From a virus (Duplodnaviria > Caudoviricetes), in the IMG/VR virus record IMGVR_UViG_3300039916_000013, positions 1-56,808 of that record: a DNA stretch of 56,808 nucleotides. The stretch is one strand, 5' to 3'. Shown here piece by piece: positions 35,815 through 45,121 of the stretch. The notes beneath the pieces are model-generated. The model saw only the letters and a list, made by a program, of their open reading frames with translations. It was not told where the DNA came from and made no database searches. The position numbers and the translations under genes were made by a program. Every line of letters starts with the position of its first letter. Within the stretch, counting starts at the first letter, position 1.

Positions 35815-36432
35815 GTGTCGATTTGGGAATGGGTGGCCGAGCTTAAGCCAGCACAGGCGACAGTATTTGGGACTGCTTTAGGGTCTGGACTTGGGCTGCT
35901 CGCTATCACTCTTGGCGCTTTGCTTAATGCCGCATTGAACCGGCGGAGAGACAGGGTGCTGCACCGGGCGGAGCAACTGAACCTACTCAGATCCATCACG
36001 ATTGAGATTGCAAGAATCTCTATGCTTGTGCGTCATCAGAACGTGATGTTGAAAGAGGCGGATCCTGCTGTGGCGTGCGCTTCAATCATCAACCCACTGA
36101 GCTTGAGCATTATCTACTCAGCGAATGTCTCAAAACTACACTTGCTGCCGCCACAGGCACTTTACGAGGTCATCGCCTTCTACATCGGGTTGTTCGAACA
36201 CGAGTACAATGCGGTGACGGCCGGTGTGGAATTGATCGAGAGTAAAGACAGCAACTTCAAGTCTCTCTCGTTCGGCGGCCATTTGATCCCACTGATCATG
36301 GAACTCAATGGTCGGATCGATAATAATGCGCAGACCGCCCTTAGCGTCAGTTATCCTCTCGTCCGAGGACTTGAGAAAGAACTAAGAGACCGCGTCCTGA
36401 AGCCTGAAAATGTGTCCGAGAGACGCTCATGA
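35815..36432 (+). CDS. Hypothetical membrane-anchored protein (moron)
   Basis: N-terminal TM followed by RRRDR; 205 aa. Confidence 0.7.
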   Translation: MSIWEWVAELKPAQATVFGTALGSGLGLLAITLGALLNAALNRRRDRVLHRAEQLNLLRSITIEIARISMLVRHQNVMLKEADPAVACASIINPLSLSIIYSANVSKLHLLPPQALYEVIAFYIGLFEHEYNAVTAGVELIESKDSNFKSLSFGGHLIPLIMELNGRIDNNAQTALSVSYPLVRGLEKELRDRVLKPENVSERRS

Positions 36433-36599
36433 TCTGGCTCCGGCTGGGCGATGTTAGGCGAATACCCTAGAACGCGATTGCGCGCTAACGCGACAATCTC
36501 AACTTGACGAACCGACTTCCGAGCACGACGAGCTTTGCGGGATGAGATCACGACAACCAGTCGGCCTTACCCTTCATATCAGGAGAAAGGAGGTGCTAG

Positions 36600-36677
36600 A
36601 TAGACCAAGCTCTTACGCTGCTGACTATCGTCGTCATGCTGATACAGATCGTCGACGCAATCGAAGCAAAACTGTGA
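36600..36677 (+). CDS. 25-aa hydrophobic peptide, type I toxin-like (non-canonical ATA start or pseudogene)
   Basis: AGGAGAAAGGAGG RBS 6 nt before ATA; (M)DQALTLLTIVVMLIQIVDAIEAKL. Confidence 0.4.
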   Translation: MDQALTLLTIVVMLIQIVDAIEAKL

Positions 36678-36847
36678 TACAGCAATCTCTGCCCTATCAG
36701 GGTACAGATTGAGGCACCAGAATGGAGACGCCCCGTTGTCGGCGGCGTCTCCTCTATGAAGTCAGCCTGCGCCCCGCACGATAAAAGGGCGAGTTACGAA
36801 ACAATTATATGTTGCATCTATCGTCCGACCTAACCAAAGGTCGTGCA

Positions 36848-36934
36848 TTGGATTATTCATACGCGCTGGCGATCGTCGGCTTCTTCGTCGTTGTAGGTAT
36901 TGTGATGATGTGGATTGGACTGCGCGGATGGTGA
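36848..36934 (+). CDS. 28-aa hydrophobic micro-protein
   Basis: TTG start; MDYSYALAIVGFFVVVGIVMMWIGLRGW. Confidence 0.4.
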   Translation: MDYSYALAIVGFFVVVGIVMMWIGLRGW

Positions 36935-37099
36935 GAGAAATTCTCTCCTATGACGAGTGATGCCACCGCATAGTTTTCTTAGCAGAACCAACAATCGGTC
37001 AGTCCCTGAGATTAACACTAATGCTCAATGCGACTTGCGGAGATACGCAGGTCGGGTACTACTCGCGTGCCACAATAATGTGGTCCAGGGGATGATTAA

Positions 37100-37459
37100 A
37101 TGACTTCCGTTATCCGCGCCGTGCTTACGGGCGCAGTATTTTCTTTCGCACTGACGACGTCTGCGTTTGCAACAGGCGCGATTGCAGTAAATGATTCGAC
37201 CGGTACTGCAGCAGAAGAAGCAGGATACGCCGTCGGTTACGGCTCGACAAAGAAAGAAGCTTCTTCGTCAGCTGTCAGCGAATGTAAATCCGCAGGCAAT
37301 GAATTGTGCGAGGTCGTGCTGACCTTCGAACAGTGCGGCGCTTACGTTGGCAACAAGGCAAGCTATGGCACCGGGATCGGTAAGACCGAGAAGGCTGCTA
37401 CGCAAGCAGCGCTCGCCGATTGCCCCGAGTGCAAGCTTATCGTCGCGGACTGCCATTAA
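37100..37459 (+). CDS. Secreted DUF4189-like protein
   Basis: Signal peptide (AFA), GAIA, A...C......C......CGA, terminal Cys motif. Confidence 0.8.
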   Translation: MTSVIRAVLTGAVFSFALTTSAFATGAIAVNDSTGTAAEEAGYAVGYGSTKKEASSSAVSECKSAGNELCEVVLTFEQCGAYVGNKASYGTGIGKTEKAATQAALADCPECKLIVADCH

Positions 37460-37462
37460 GAC

Positions 37463-37495
37463 AAAACGCCCGCTGGCTCGTTGTCAGCGGGCTTC
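37463..37495. terminator. Hairpin between convergent DUF4189-like gene and tRNA
   Basis: aaaac-GCCCGCTGGC-tcgtt-GTCAGCGGGC-ttct. Confidence 0.7.
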
Positions 37496-37540
37496 TCATC
37501 TCGGACGACGCTTCCAGTGCATGGTCGCGGCCGATCGATT

Positions 37541-37617
37541 TGGTTGCGGGGGCAGGATTTGAACCTGCGGCCTTCAGGTTATGAGCCTGACGAGCTACCG
37601 AGCTGCTCCACCCCACG
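37541..37617 (-). tRNA. tRNA-fMet (CAT, initiator type)
   Basis: CGTGGGGTGGAGCAGCTCGGTAGCTCGTCAGGCTCATAACCTGAAGGCCGCAGGTTCAAATCCTGCCCCCGCAACCA; C1:A72 mismatch, encoded CCA. Confidence 0.95.
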
Positions 37618-37778
37618 TAAATGATGCCGGGCTACCCTCCCGGCTTGGCTGCTGGCGATCGTCATGACGACCGAGATCTAAAGGCGGGGCTCAGCGGCTT
37701 CCCCTGGGTATGGGTTTTGGAAGTGGATGGTGAGCGCATCGCGCAAATCACCACCATAATCAATACATAGCCAACAGG

Positions 37779-38378
37779 TTATAGGTTGGCAAGCGGCTTA
37801 CGCGTTTTCGTCTTCATTCCCCACAGGTCTGAAAGGTCGTCGAGTGCATTGCGGAGATAGTCGGCAAGCGTTGTTTTCTCGCGGTGACTGTTGCCCAGCT
37901 TGGCGATCGGCACCCCCTCGCCCGCAACTTTCTCGACAATTCCAAAGCAGCGCGTGCCGATATGCTTGCGGGCTTCCTCGAGCTTGAAGCCCGCATCAAT
38001 CTGCCTTTCGGTTATGGGTTCCTGTGGTCCGCCTCCATCGACCGGTTCACGGGTGTAGTCGAAAGACCCTGCACCTGAACCACCAAGCGACTCCCATAGG
38101 CGGCGAAACTTGATCGCTGCTTCGACCTGATGGGTTTCGAGATGCCCCTTTGCTGCCATCATAGCGATTGGGCTTTCTCGCAGGTTCAGCGCAGCGCTTA
38201 CCAACTTCGGATTGCCCGAGGCCCCCGCATGCCTCTTGCTGTAATGCGGGTTGTCGATCTCAATGATTTTCATCTCTGAATGCTGGTTGCCCAGGCCAAT
38301 GAACTCGAAGTCTGTGTTCGCAATCTCGAGCCCCTTGAAGGACCGGACCGACTGCTTCCGTGTTTTCTTTACCGCCAT
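37779..38378 (-). CDS. Late transcription regulator candidate (Q-position gene)
   Basis: Last gene of early operon; C-terminal HTH-like region ending LRNALDDL...WG. Confidence 0.65.
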   Translation of the reverse strand: MAVKKTRKQSVRSFKGLEIANTDFEFIGLGNQHSEMKIIEIDNPHYSKRHAGASGNPKLVSAALNLRESPIAMMAAKGHLETHQVEAAIKFRRLWESLGGSGAGSFDYTREPVDGGGPQEPITERQIDAGFKLEEARKHIGTRCFGIVEKVAGEGVPIAKLGNSHREKTTLADYLRNALDDLSDLWGMKTKTRKPLANL

Positions 38379-38393
38379 CTTCGTTCCCTCGCC

Positions 38394-38690
38394 TTAAGCC
38401 CGTTCGACCTGGATAGTTCTGCCCCCGCCGAGGAACAGCATTTCTGCTTTCATGCGCGCCGAGCTGGTCGGCTTCGTATCGAACACCTCGCCGCGGATCG
38501 GTCGGCCGTTCATGAACGCGACCAAGTGCTTCAATGCTTCTTCCGCAGCCTCGCCCTTGGTGGCGAACACCTTCGGCCTGTCGGCTTCGGCCATGATTGG
38601 AGCCGGGTGAGCGTCACGGCATAGGCGAAGCATTGCCCAATACCCGAAGCCGCCGGGGATGCGATGGGGATAGGCGCTGTATTTGTTCAT
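38394..38690 (-). CDS. Hypothetical phage protein
   Basis: AGGAGG RBS, overlaps upstream stop. Confidence 0.7.
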   Translation of the reverse strand: MNKYSAYPHRIPGGFGYWAMLRLCRDAHPAPIMAEADRPKVFATKGEAAEEALKHLVAFMNGRPIRGEVFDTKPTSSARMKAEMLFLGGGRTIQVERA

Positions 38691-38944
38691 GGCTTTCCTC
38701 CTAAAACCGGCTCCACTGGATAGGCGTCTTCCCAGCCTCGCCACCCACTTGCGGCAGCCCTAGTCCGCATGTAGACGGCTTCCTTGTGCCATTTCGCCAG
38801 GAGTGTTTCCTCAGGCTTCCCGGCATAGGCCTTCATTGCATCGACCATGACTTTCTCCATGAGCATCGCCTGCCTTGGGCTGTTGAGGGTGATGATCGCA
38901 GAAACCAGCCCGAACGCGGGCTTAGGTTGCGCATAGACGCTCAT
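38687..38944 (-). CDS. Hypothetical phage protein
   Basis: ATGA-coupled in operon. Confidence 0.65.
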   Translation of the reverse strand: MSVYAQPKPAFGLVSAIITLNSPRQAMLMEKVMVDAMKAYAGKPEETLLAKWHKEAVYMRTRAAASGWRGWEDAYPVEPVLGGKP

Positions 38945-39465
38945 GCCTCACCTCTCAGCGCTGCGATTTTGGTGACTGCATGGAGCACCGTCGTGTGATC
39001 GCGCCCGCCAAACCATCGCCCGATCATCGGGAACGACATGTCGGGCCGCTGCTTGCGGATCTCGAACATGGCCGTCTGGCGGGCGATGACGAGTTCCTTA
39101 CGGCGGCCGACGCCCTTGAGCATCGGGATGGTGATCTTCGGATGTTCCTTGAGGACTTCGTTCACGATCTCCGAGATGGAACGGCGCTCGAACGCAACCA
39201 TCTCGATCTCTCCGGACGCAACCATCTCCCGGATTCGCATCGCTGTCCTGAACGCGAACATGTGCTCCTCGAACATGGTAGGCGCGAGCATCCAGCTCGG
39301 CTTATCGGAGACCCGGCTTGGTCGCCGCCGGCTGATCTGGATGACCTGCGCCGGTGGTGCGGCTAGCCTCCTCACCTTTGGTGCATCAAAGCAGCGGCGG
39401 TGGACGGCTGCAGCGGCTGCCATCATCTCTGCGGCTGATGTGAACTCTCGGGCTGTGACTATCAT
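38941..39465 (-). CDS. DnaA C-terminal (domain IV) HTH-containing protein
   Basis: ARQTAMF...SFPMIGRWFGGRDHTTVLHAV.KI. Confidence 0.9.
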   Translation of the reverse strand: MIVTAREFTSAAEMMAAAAAVHRRCFDAPKVRRLAAPPAQVIQISRRRPSRVSDKPSWMLAPTMFEEHMFAFRTAMRIREMVASGEIEMVAFERRSISEIVNEVLKEHPKITIPMLKGVGRRKELVIARQTAMFEIRKQRPDMSFPMIGRWFGGRDHTTVLHAVTKIAALRGEA

Positions 39466-40220
39466 CTGAAGCTCCGTTGTGATCTCGCCAACTCCTGGGC
39501 GATGTATTCTTCTCGGGTCTGTGACTTCTGGAGGTGAGCGAGTCCGCTCGGCTTTGGAGGAGCCTTGTCCGGAGGCTTAGCCGGCTGGTCCTTCCACCGG
39601 TCGTCGGAGAGCCATCGCACCGGGGAGCACCACTGCCGATCGTCAGTCTTCGCGGCGTAGGTTCTGACGCCCGCCATGATCTCGTCGAGGCTGGCGCGCT
39701 TTATGGCTTGTGAGAAAGCCTTCTCAGCCGATGGGCGTCCCGTCTTGTTAGGATAGGCTTCCCAGAACTTTTCAAATGGCTGCGCGCACGTGTCTACCGA
39801 ACGTAGTGAGGTAGAGATTGGTGTTACTGGTGTCTTTTGTGTCTTTCCGGTGTCTTCTGGCTGTGTTTTCGGTGTCTTCTGCCTGTCTTCTACATTCTGA
39901 TATTTGTAGTAATTGCAGATGCTTACGTGTGTTTTTCCTGTCTTCGCAGTGTGCTTGATCATGCCTTGGGCCTCAAGAACCTTGAGGAAGGCAGAAACAC
40001 GGGTCGTCGACTTCCAACCCCAGCGCTTTTGCATGTCTCTGATCGTGGCGAAAAAGCTTCCGGTTGGAACCTTCACGACCTCTGCGCCTATGCGATGGAT
40101 TGTATCCTTCCATGCAGCGTTGGTGATCATCCAGAGCCAAGCTTCGCGCTCGCTAAATGGCTCCGCGGCAAACAATTCGTGGTCAAAGATCGAGGTCTGA
40201 ACGCGAACCCAGCGGCTCAT
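39462..40220 (-). CDS. Phage replication initiation protein
   Basis: N-terminal wHTH (EREAWLWM, RWGW); FEKFWEAYP.K..R..A.KAF...WL...RW.D. Confidence 0.85.
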   Translation of the reverse strand: MSRWVRVQTSIFDHELFAAEPFSEREAWLWMITNAAWKDTIHRIGAEVVKVPTGSFFATIRDMQKRWGWKSTTRVSAFLKVLEAQGMIKHTAKTGKTHVSICNYYKYQNVEDRQKTPKTQPEDTGKTQKTPVTPISTSLRSVDTCAQPFEKFWEAYPNKTGRPSAEKAFSQAIKRASLDEIMAGVRTYAAKTDDRQWCSPVRWLSDDRWKDQPAKPPDKAPPKPSGLAHLQKSQTREEYIAQELARSQRSFR

Positions 40221-41014
40221 TTCGTGCCGCCTTTCGCCTTCTTATATGCAATGAAGTCTTCCAGACCTCGCATGAACTCACGGTAGCTTTGGCACGACCG
40301 AGCGACATTCTTCGCGTGGTCAAGACATACATTCAGCGAAGCCCCTTCCCTGAGCTTCTCTAGGCAATAAGTCTGATCGATCGTGAAGCGGTTGCGGAGT
40401 ATGCCGCGGATGTAGAGGATCTCGGCTTCTTGCTCGCTGTTGCCGCCTCTGCGCCGCATGTCGATGATGCGCGGGATCATGGAGAAAGATTTCTCCCAGC
40501 TATCCTCATCAACCTCGTCGTCGACGTATCTGATGTACTGGTCGAACGACGTTATCACCGCATCCAAAATCTCGGATAGCTCGTACTTCTTGCACCATTT
40601 CTTGATATTCAGACGGCCATTTTCATTGGGGCGATAGTCGCCAGGCTGCAAGGCAAGCGCTTCTATCACTGCATCGATTTCAGCCTCGCCGATCTTCAGG
40701 AGTCCTTTACGCCATTGGAGCATGGCATCGAGCTGCTCGCGGCGGGCTTGAAGCGCATCCAGCTGCGCCTTCTGCTTTTTGACGGCAGAGCTATCATCGA
40801 TTTCGATGTTGCTTTTGCCGCGGTTGCAATCCTGGCAGCTCGTGATGAGGTTCAGAACGTCATTGTCCCCGTCCTTGGAAACTGGCCGCAGGTGATCGAC
40901 CTCAAGCAGCACATCAGGCGCTCCCGCACCGCAGTACTGGCAGGTAAAGGAATCCCGCTTGAACACTTCAAAGCGGAGGCGCTTGCCGATCGGCTTGCGG
41001 TTACTCATTTCCAC
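40217..41014 (-). CDS. HNH endonuclease domain protein
   Basis: RFEVFKRD.FTCQYCG...VDH......G.N...NL.TSC..CNRGK. Confidence 0.88.
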   Translation of the reverse strand: MEMSNRKPIGKRLRFEVFKRDSFTCQYCGAGAPDVLLEVDHLRPVSKDGDNDVLNLITSCQDCNRGKSNIEIDDSSAVKKQKAQLDALQARREQLDAMLQWRKGLLKIGEAEIDAVIEALALQPGDYRPNENGRLNIKKWCKKYELSEILDAVITSFDQYIRYVDDEVDEDSWEKSFSMIPRIIDMRRRGGNSEQEAEILYIRGILRNRFTIDQTYCLEKLREGASLNVCLDHAKNVARSCQSYREFMRGLEDFIAYKKAKGGTK

Positions 41015-41400
41015 ACCTCGACTTCAATGTTGTAGGCAGCCTTGATGATCTTCTGGACGCGGCGAAAATCCTTGGTGACGACGCCCTTGACGTCGATCGT
41101 CCGAAATTTGCCGTCCTGGTCGTGGTCGATGAAGCAGAAGTCGGCGCGGTAGGTGCCGATGATCTGCCCATTGACGATCAGTTCGAATTTGCGCTGGAGC
41201 ACGAGGCCGGAGATGCGGCCGGCACGCTCAAGGGTCTTGAGGTCGCTGTACACCTCGCTCTCGCGCTTGCTGTCGAAGGTGATGCCGTCGACGACTGTGC
41301 GCTTGGCGCCGAACTTGTTTGTCTTCTTCTCGCGGCGCTTGCCATGTTCAATCATGGCAATCTCAGCGCGGTACTGGTGGCGGGTGAGCGTCTCGGTCAT
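41005..41400 (-). CDS. DUF1064-family endonuclease
   Basis: NKFGAK, DGITFDSKRE, YRADF, IDVKG. Confidence 0.88.
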   Translation of the reverse strand: MTETLTRHQYRAEIAMIEHGKRREKKTNKFGAKRTVVDGITFDSKRESEVYSDLKTLERAGRISGLVLQRKFELIVNGQIIGTYRADFCFIDHDQDGKFRTIDVKGVVTKDFRRVQKIIKAAYNIEVEVWK

Positions 41401-41630
41401 ACGTGAGCGCTCCTGATCTCGCGGAGGCGGTCACGGGTGCGGCGCATGCGCTCGCAGTCGCTGACCTGGCGCTTATATTCGCTGATGCGGTCTTTGCGGC
41501 GCTGGATGTACCTATCGGTCATCACACCGTTCACGAGGCTATCGACTTCAGGCGGGGCTATGCCGGTCTCCGCGGCGATGCGTTCAACGTCTGGGCCGTA
41601 GGTGGCGAAGGCTTGCTCGAAGGTGATCAT
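41397..41630 (-). CDS. Hypothetical phage protein
   Basis: ATGA-coupled; MITFEQAFATYGPD. Confidence 0.65.
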   Translation of the reverse strand: MITFEQAFATYGPDVERIAAETGIAPPEVDSLVNGVMTDRYIQRRKDRISEYKRQVSDCERMRRTRDRLREIRSAHV

Positions 41631-42298
41631 GCGGCCACCTCTCGATAAGCGGCATAGTCCTCGGCGCGCTCCAGCTTCTTCCGGCAAGGCGGGATCCAGA
41701 CCAGCTTTGTGCCGGTGACGCCCTCGATCCAAACCAGCGAGCAATATGACGTGGCAGTCGACCCGGTAGCTGTCAGCTTGCCTTTGACCATTGGGACGCG
41801 CTCCGAGAACTGCGCAACGATGGATGGCGGGTTCTTGCTGAAAAGCTTCTCGTACCGCCCGACGCCCTCAAGGAATGAGGTCCGCACAATCATGGCAAAG
41901 CCGACCTTGGCTATCTGGCTGGCACGGTCAATGAATTGCTCCGCAAGCCGGAAAGGCGGGTTGGTGATGATCCAGTCGACGCCATTCACTTCCATGCACT
42001 GAGATTGGCTGAACGGGAAAAGGAAGTCCGTCACACGGTCTTGACCATCCCATTCGTGGCTGTAATCGTGGATGTCGGAGGTATAGACGCGCTTGAAATA
42101 CTCGCTCAGCGGCTTCGCCATGTGCCCGCGATTGCAAGCAGGCTCCCAGCATGATTGATCGGACACGCTTCCGAACTCTGCGCGAATAACCTTTTCAATC
42201 AACGCTCGCGTTGCCCAAGGCTGGGTTGGGAAGTCGTCAAGGCTATCGTGCGGCTCGCTGCGCTGCTGCATGACTGCAGATGATGTGTTCTGGCTCAC
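41627..42298 (-). CDS. SAM-dependent (amino) DNA methyltransferase, orphan
   Basis: WEPACNRG motif I and ITNPPF motif IV. Confidence 0.85.
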   Translation of the reverse strand: MSQNTSSAVMQQRSEPHDSLDDFPTQPWATRALIEKVIRAEFGSVSDQSCWEPACNRGHMAKPLSEYFKRVYTSDIHDYSHEWDGQDRVTDFLFPFSQSQCMEVNGVDWIITNPPFRLAEQFIDRASQIAKVGFAMIVRTSFLEGVGRYEKLFSKNPPSIVAQFSERVPMVKGKLTATGSTATSYCSLVWIEGVTGTKLVWIPPCRKKLERAEDYAAYREVAA

Positions 42299-42471
42299 GA
42301 CGCGCTCTCCCTACGCTGGAGAGCCGACCGGAGGCGTTCAAGCGTCCGGGTGACGCACGCAAGCTTGATGTGCTGGTAGCCGTTGTCCTGCTTCGCCATG
42401 CGGGCCTTCAGGCCTTCCGCGATGTCGGACTGGATGGTGATCTCTTGGGTGAGAAGCTCGATGTCGTTCAT
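42295..42471 (-). CDS. Hypothetical 58-aa protein
   Basis: Fills gap with 4-nt overlaps at both ends; MNDIELLTQEI. Confidence 0.6.
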   Translation of the reverse strand: MNDIELLTQEITIQSDIAEGLKARMAKQDNGYQHIKLACVTRTLERLRSALQRRESAS

Positions 42472-43133
42472 TCGGCACCTCGCCGCCCACGACGCAACTC
42501 ACTCACCTTGTGATCAACGCGGGCGATGGTCATCAGCACAGGTTTCAATTCATCCGGTGCAGTGTCGTAAGCCATGACACGGGTCGCACGACCGCCGTTG
42601 AGGCGTGGGAGAACACCACGAGGGATGCAGATCCAGTTGGTCGGGTCAGTATTGAGACGATTCCCATCGACGCACTTCAGGCACATTCCTTCTGGCGTCG
42701 GGCCGTTGGCCTTCTCCCACTCGTGAAGGTGCTTCAGCACGTAACGGCGTTCGAACCCGGTATGAGGGTTCACCTCATCGATGCTGACTTCGACGTAGCC
42801 GTCCTTGGAGACGCGCTCATGGCCCAGATAGTTCGTGTTGTGCGGCAGTTGCCCTTTGCGGAACTGGGTGTTCCGAGCGTTTGGGTGACGACCACCCTTC
42901 CCCGGCTCGCATGGGACGCCTTTGTTAACGGGCGCTTGGCCTTTGGTGAAAATCCCGGTTCGGCCAGTCTTCCAGCCTTTCCGCTTGCGCAGCGAGTGGA
43001 GATTGCCGGCGGATACGTCGGTGCGGCTGAACATTTTAGCGAATGCACCGTAATAATCAGCGATCGGCAGAAGACGGTTTTCTTCAAGCCACGCCATTTC
43101 CTCCGCGCTGTACCGGATAGCACTTCCCTTCAT
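42468..43133 (-). CDS. HNH endonuclease
   Basis: F.KG..P.N repeats; H...WE..NGP, DGNRLN....N. Confidence 0.85.
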   Translation of the reverse strand: MKGSAIRYSAEEMAWLEENRLLPIADYYGAFAKMFSRTDVSAGNLHSLRKRKGWKTGRTGIFTKGQAPVNKGVPCEPGKGGRHPNARNTQFRKGQLPHNTNYLGHERVSKDGYVEVSIDEVNPHTGFERRYVLKHLHEWEKANGPTPEGMCLKCVDGNRLNTDPTNWICIPRGVLPRLNGGRATRVMAYDTAPDELKPVLMTIARVDHKVSELRRGRRGAE

Positions 43134-43429
43134 GTGCCTGCCGCCTTGATCAGAGGACGCTGCGGGCGGGGCTGCGTGGTGTCCACCGCTGACAGTTCAG
43201 GCGGCGAAATCATCGGTAGCGCCGCCGCGAACCGGTCGCCGTGCGTTGCGACAAGGGCCACTGCTTTGAGAGACAGTTCCGCATTTCGGATGATCTGCTC
43301 GCTGACACCGACGATGGCATCCGTGCGCTTCACCTCGCTATCGATCTGCTCTGCCGTCAGGCCTTCCTCGCTCAACCGCTCAAGCTGAGAGAACAGGTGA
43401 TTGTTGAGGTCGATCAGGCGGTTCTTCAT
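43130..43429 (-). CDS. Hypothetical phage protein
   Basis: MKNRLIDLNNHLFSQLERL, a motif commonly seen upstream of such HNH genes. Confidence 0.75.
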   Translation of the reverse strand: MKNRLIDLNNHLFSQLERLSEEGLTAEQIDSEVKRTDAIVGVSEQIIRNAELSLKAVALVATHGDRFAAALPMISPPELSAVDTTQPRPQRPLIKAAGT

Positions 43430-43809
43430 GATAAAGTCCTCGGGTTGTTTTTGATCGTTTCGACCCATTTCAGGATCATCGAGGCATCCTTCGCGCGGCG
43501 ATCGGTCAGCCGGCCCTCAAGCTCCTCGCAGGCGTAAAACAAGGCGTCTTCACGCGTTTCTGCGAACTTTCCCCACTTCGGACCGACGCGGTAACCCCCG
43601 CCCGAGTTGTCGGCGTGGTAGTTGGTCGACCACATCCACAGCCCGTCGATGTGGCGGTGAAGCTCGATCTCCGCATAGGCCCAAGCCATCCGCGGGTGCG
43701 GCAGCCGATAGGCAGCGTCAACATCGCATTGGATTACACCGCCATCAGGATCTACCGGCTGGCGGATTGGCGGACTCCGGACGCTGTCGAAGAGATTGAG
43801 CTGCTGCAT
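43426..43809 (-). CDS. Hypothetical phage protein
   Basis: GGAGG RBS; MQQLNLFD. Confidence 0.7.
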   Translation of the reverse strand: MQQLNLFDSVRSPPIRQPVDPDGGVIQCDVDAAYRLPHPRMAWAYAEIELHRHIDGLWMWSTNYHADNSGGGYRVGPKWGKFAETREDALFYACEELEGRLTDRRAKDASMILKWVETIKNNPRTLS

Positions 43810-43848
43810 CTTCAGTCCTCCATGATCCATTCGGCGCGAGCGGCCCAC

Positions 43849-44247
43849 TTACTGGCGCGTTTCCGCCACTTCTTCGCGAGCTGTGACCGCGTCGAACGCG
43901 GCAATCTTCTCATCCAGCGCAGCCAGACGGGCACGCAGCTCTCGCTGCTCGATGCGGGCTTGTTCCCGCTCTGCTTCTCGTAGGGCATCCATTTCCTCGC
44001 TATCGATGCGCCTTGCCGTGCCCTCGTAGATCGAACGGGCGCGACGGGCTGTGAACTGCTTGTTGACGCGCGGCGAAATGAACCGCACCGCTTCATAGAA
44101 AACGTTGTCGAGCTTGCCGTACCGGGTGAGCGGCCATGCTTCTCTGAATGTCTGTTGCGCTTCGAAAACTGCCGCCATGGCCTTCTTCCTGCTTCTCAAA
44201 ATCTGCTTGGGACGAGATCCCAAATTCTGGTTGTCAGTTCCCAACAC
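43849..44247 (-). CDS. Hypothetical DNA-binding regulator (CII-position)
   Basis: RRARSIYEGTARRID HTH-like motif plus coiled coil. Confidence 0.65.
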   Translation of the reverse strand: MLGTDNQNLGSRPKQILRSRKKAMAAVFEAQQTFREAWPLTRYGKLDNVFYEAVRFISPRVNKQFTARRARSIYEGTARRIDSEEMDALREAEREQARIEQRELRARLAALDEKIAAFDAVTAREEVAETRQ

Positions 44248-44292
44248 CTTGTCGAACTCCTGTGCGATTGATCTCCTTGCAACCGGAGACGC

Positions 44293-44589
44293 GTGATGCG
44301 CAGAAGCGATGATGTAAGCGGCAGAGGAAAAGACCTTGCAGGGCCTTCGCCCTCTGCCGCCGGCTCAGACCGCCGCCTGGGTGCCGTAATTCAATTTCAA
44401 AACCGCAGAGCCGAACCGTCATCCGGCTTTGCCGCCGAAGCTTCTCCGCCGGAGGCTTCGGCACCTTTCGTCGCGCTGGGGCCGATCGTCCAAGCCGTTG
44501 TTCTCAGGCTCAAAGACGATCGGGTCAGGCTGCGAGTTGAACGGGTCCAGACCGATCGGGAGGATTCATTCGGCCTGGACCCGGATTGA
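44293..44589 (+). CDS. Possible hypothetical protein
   Basis: GGAG RBS; overlaps structured RNA candidate. Confidence 0.35.
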   Translation: MMRRSDDVSGRGKDLAGPSPSAAGSDRRLGAVIQFQNRRAEPSSGFAAEASPPEASAPFVALGPIVQAVVLRLKDDRVRLRVERVQTDREDSFGLDPD

Positions 44590-44617
44590 CGGGCTGGGAG
44601 GAGGTCAGCCCGTCAAT
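44542..44617 (-). ncRNA. Two-hairpin cuckoo-like (CCUCCUCCC loop) RNA
   Basis: ATTGACGGGCTG-ACCTCCTCC-CAGCCCGTCAAT and CGGGTCCAGGCCGA-atgaaTCCTCCCga-TCGGTCTGGACCCG. Confidence 0.6.
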
Positions 44618-44780
44618 TGATCAGCCGAGCCAATCGAATGGCCTCAGGCTGAATATTGTCGTCTTGGCTCTTGTTCTCGTAGGCTACGGATTTCGAGCCG
44701 ATCAGGAGTGCTGCGAGAAGAAAGCCGGCAGGTGCGCCAATGACGCCGCCGACAAATGCTCCGAGAAGAAACATGCTCAT
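44613..44780 (-). CDS. 55-aa membrane protein
   Basis: ATGA-coupled; [28 protein letters not shown]. Confidence 0.6.
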   Translation of the reverse strand: MSMFLLGAFVGGVIGAPAGFLLAALLIGSKSVAYENKSQDDNIQPEAIRLARLIN

Positions 44781-45121
44781 GCGTGCTCCTCGACCCGTGA
44801 AGGGTTCAGCATTGCTTTGAAGATGGAAATGTCGGACTTGCGCTCGACGACCGGACGGAAGCAGTCGGCATTGAATCCGATCTCCCCGATCTTGCCGTTC
44901 GTGAATTTCATCCGCTTGTTGTGGATCTCACAAAGACGAAGGACGAGAACCTCTTCGCCAGTAGAGCGAGTGACGACGGTAGCCTCTCGAACGGTATAAA
45001 CCTCTCCCTTTTTAGGGAAGACGACGCCATGCTTGAGGGCTGCGTTGAAGTTCAGAGTTTCAGACTCAGAAAGCTGACGGCCGATCGGCGTCACTTTTTG
45101 CCCTATATGAAAGATCGTCAT
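44777..45121 (-). CDS. Hypothetical phage protein
   Basis: FHIGQKV...GEVYTVR...[14 protein letters not shown]. Confidence 0.75.
   Translation of the reverse strand: MTIFHIGQKVTPIGRQLSESETLNFNAALKHGVVFPKKGEVYTVREATVVTRSTGEEVLVLRLCEIHNKRMKFTNGKIGEIGFNADCFRPVVERKSDISIFKAMLNPSRVEEHA

Noticed and set aside
37541-37617. tRNA as prophage attachment site
   Set aside because: Internal to the phage, far from the integrase, and no duplicated 3' end noticed in the window
41627-42298. Restriction-modification system
   Set aside because: No cognate restriction gene; neighbours are typical phage HNH/DUF1064 genes, so an orphan methyltransferase is more likely
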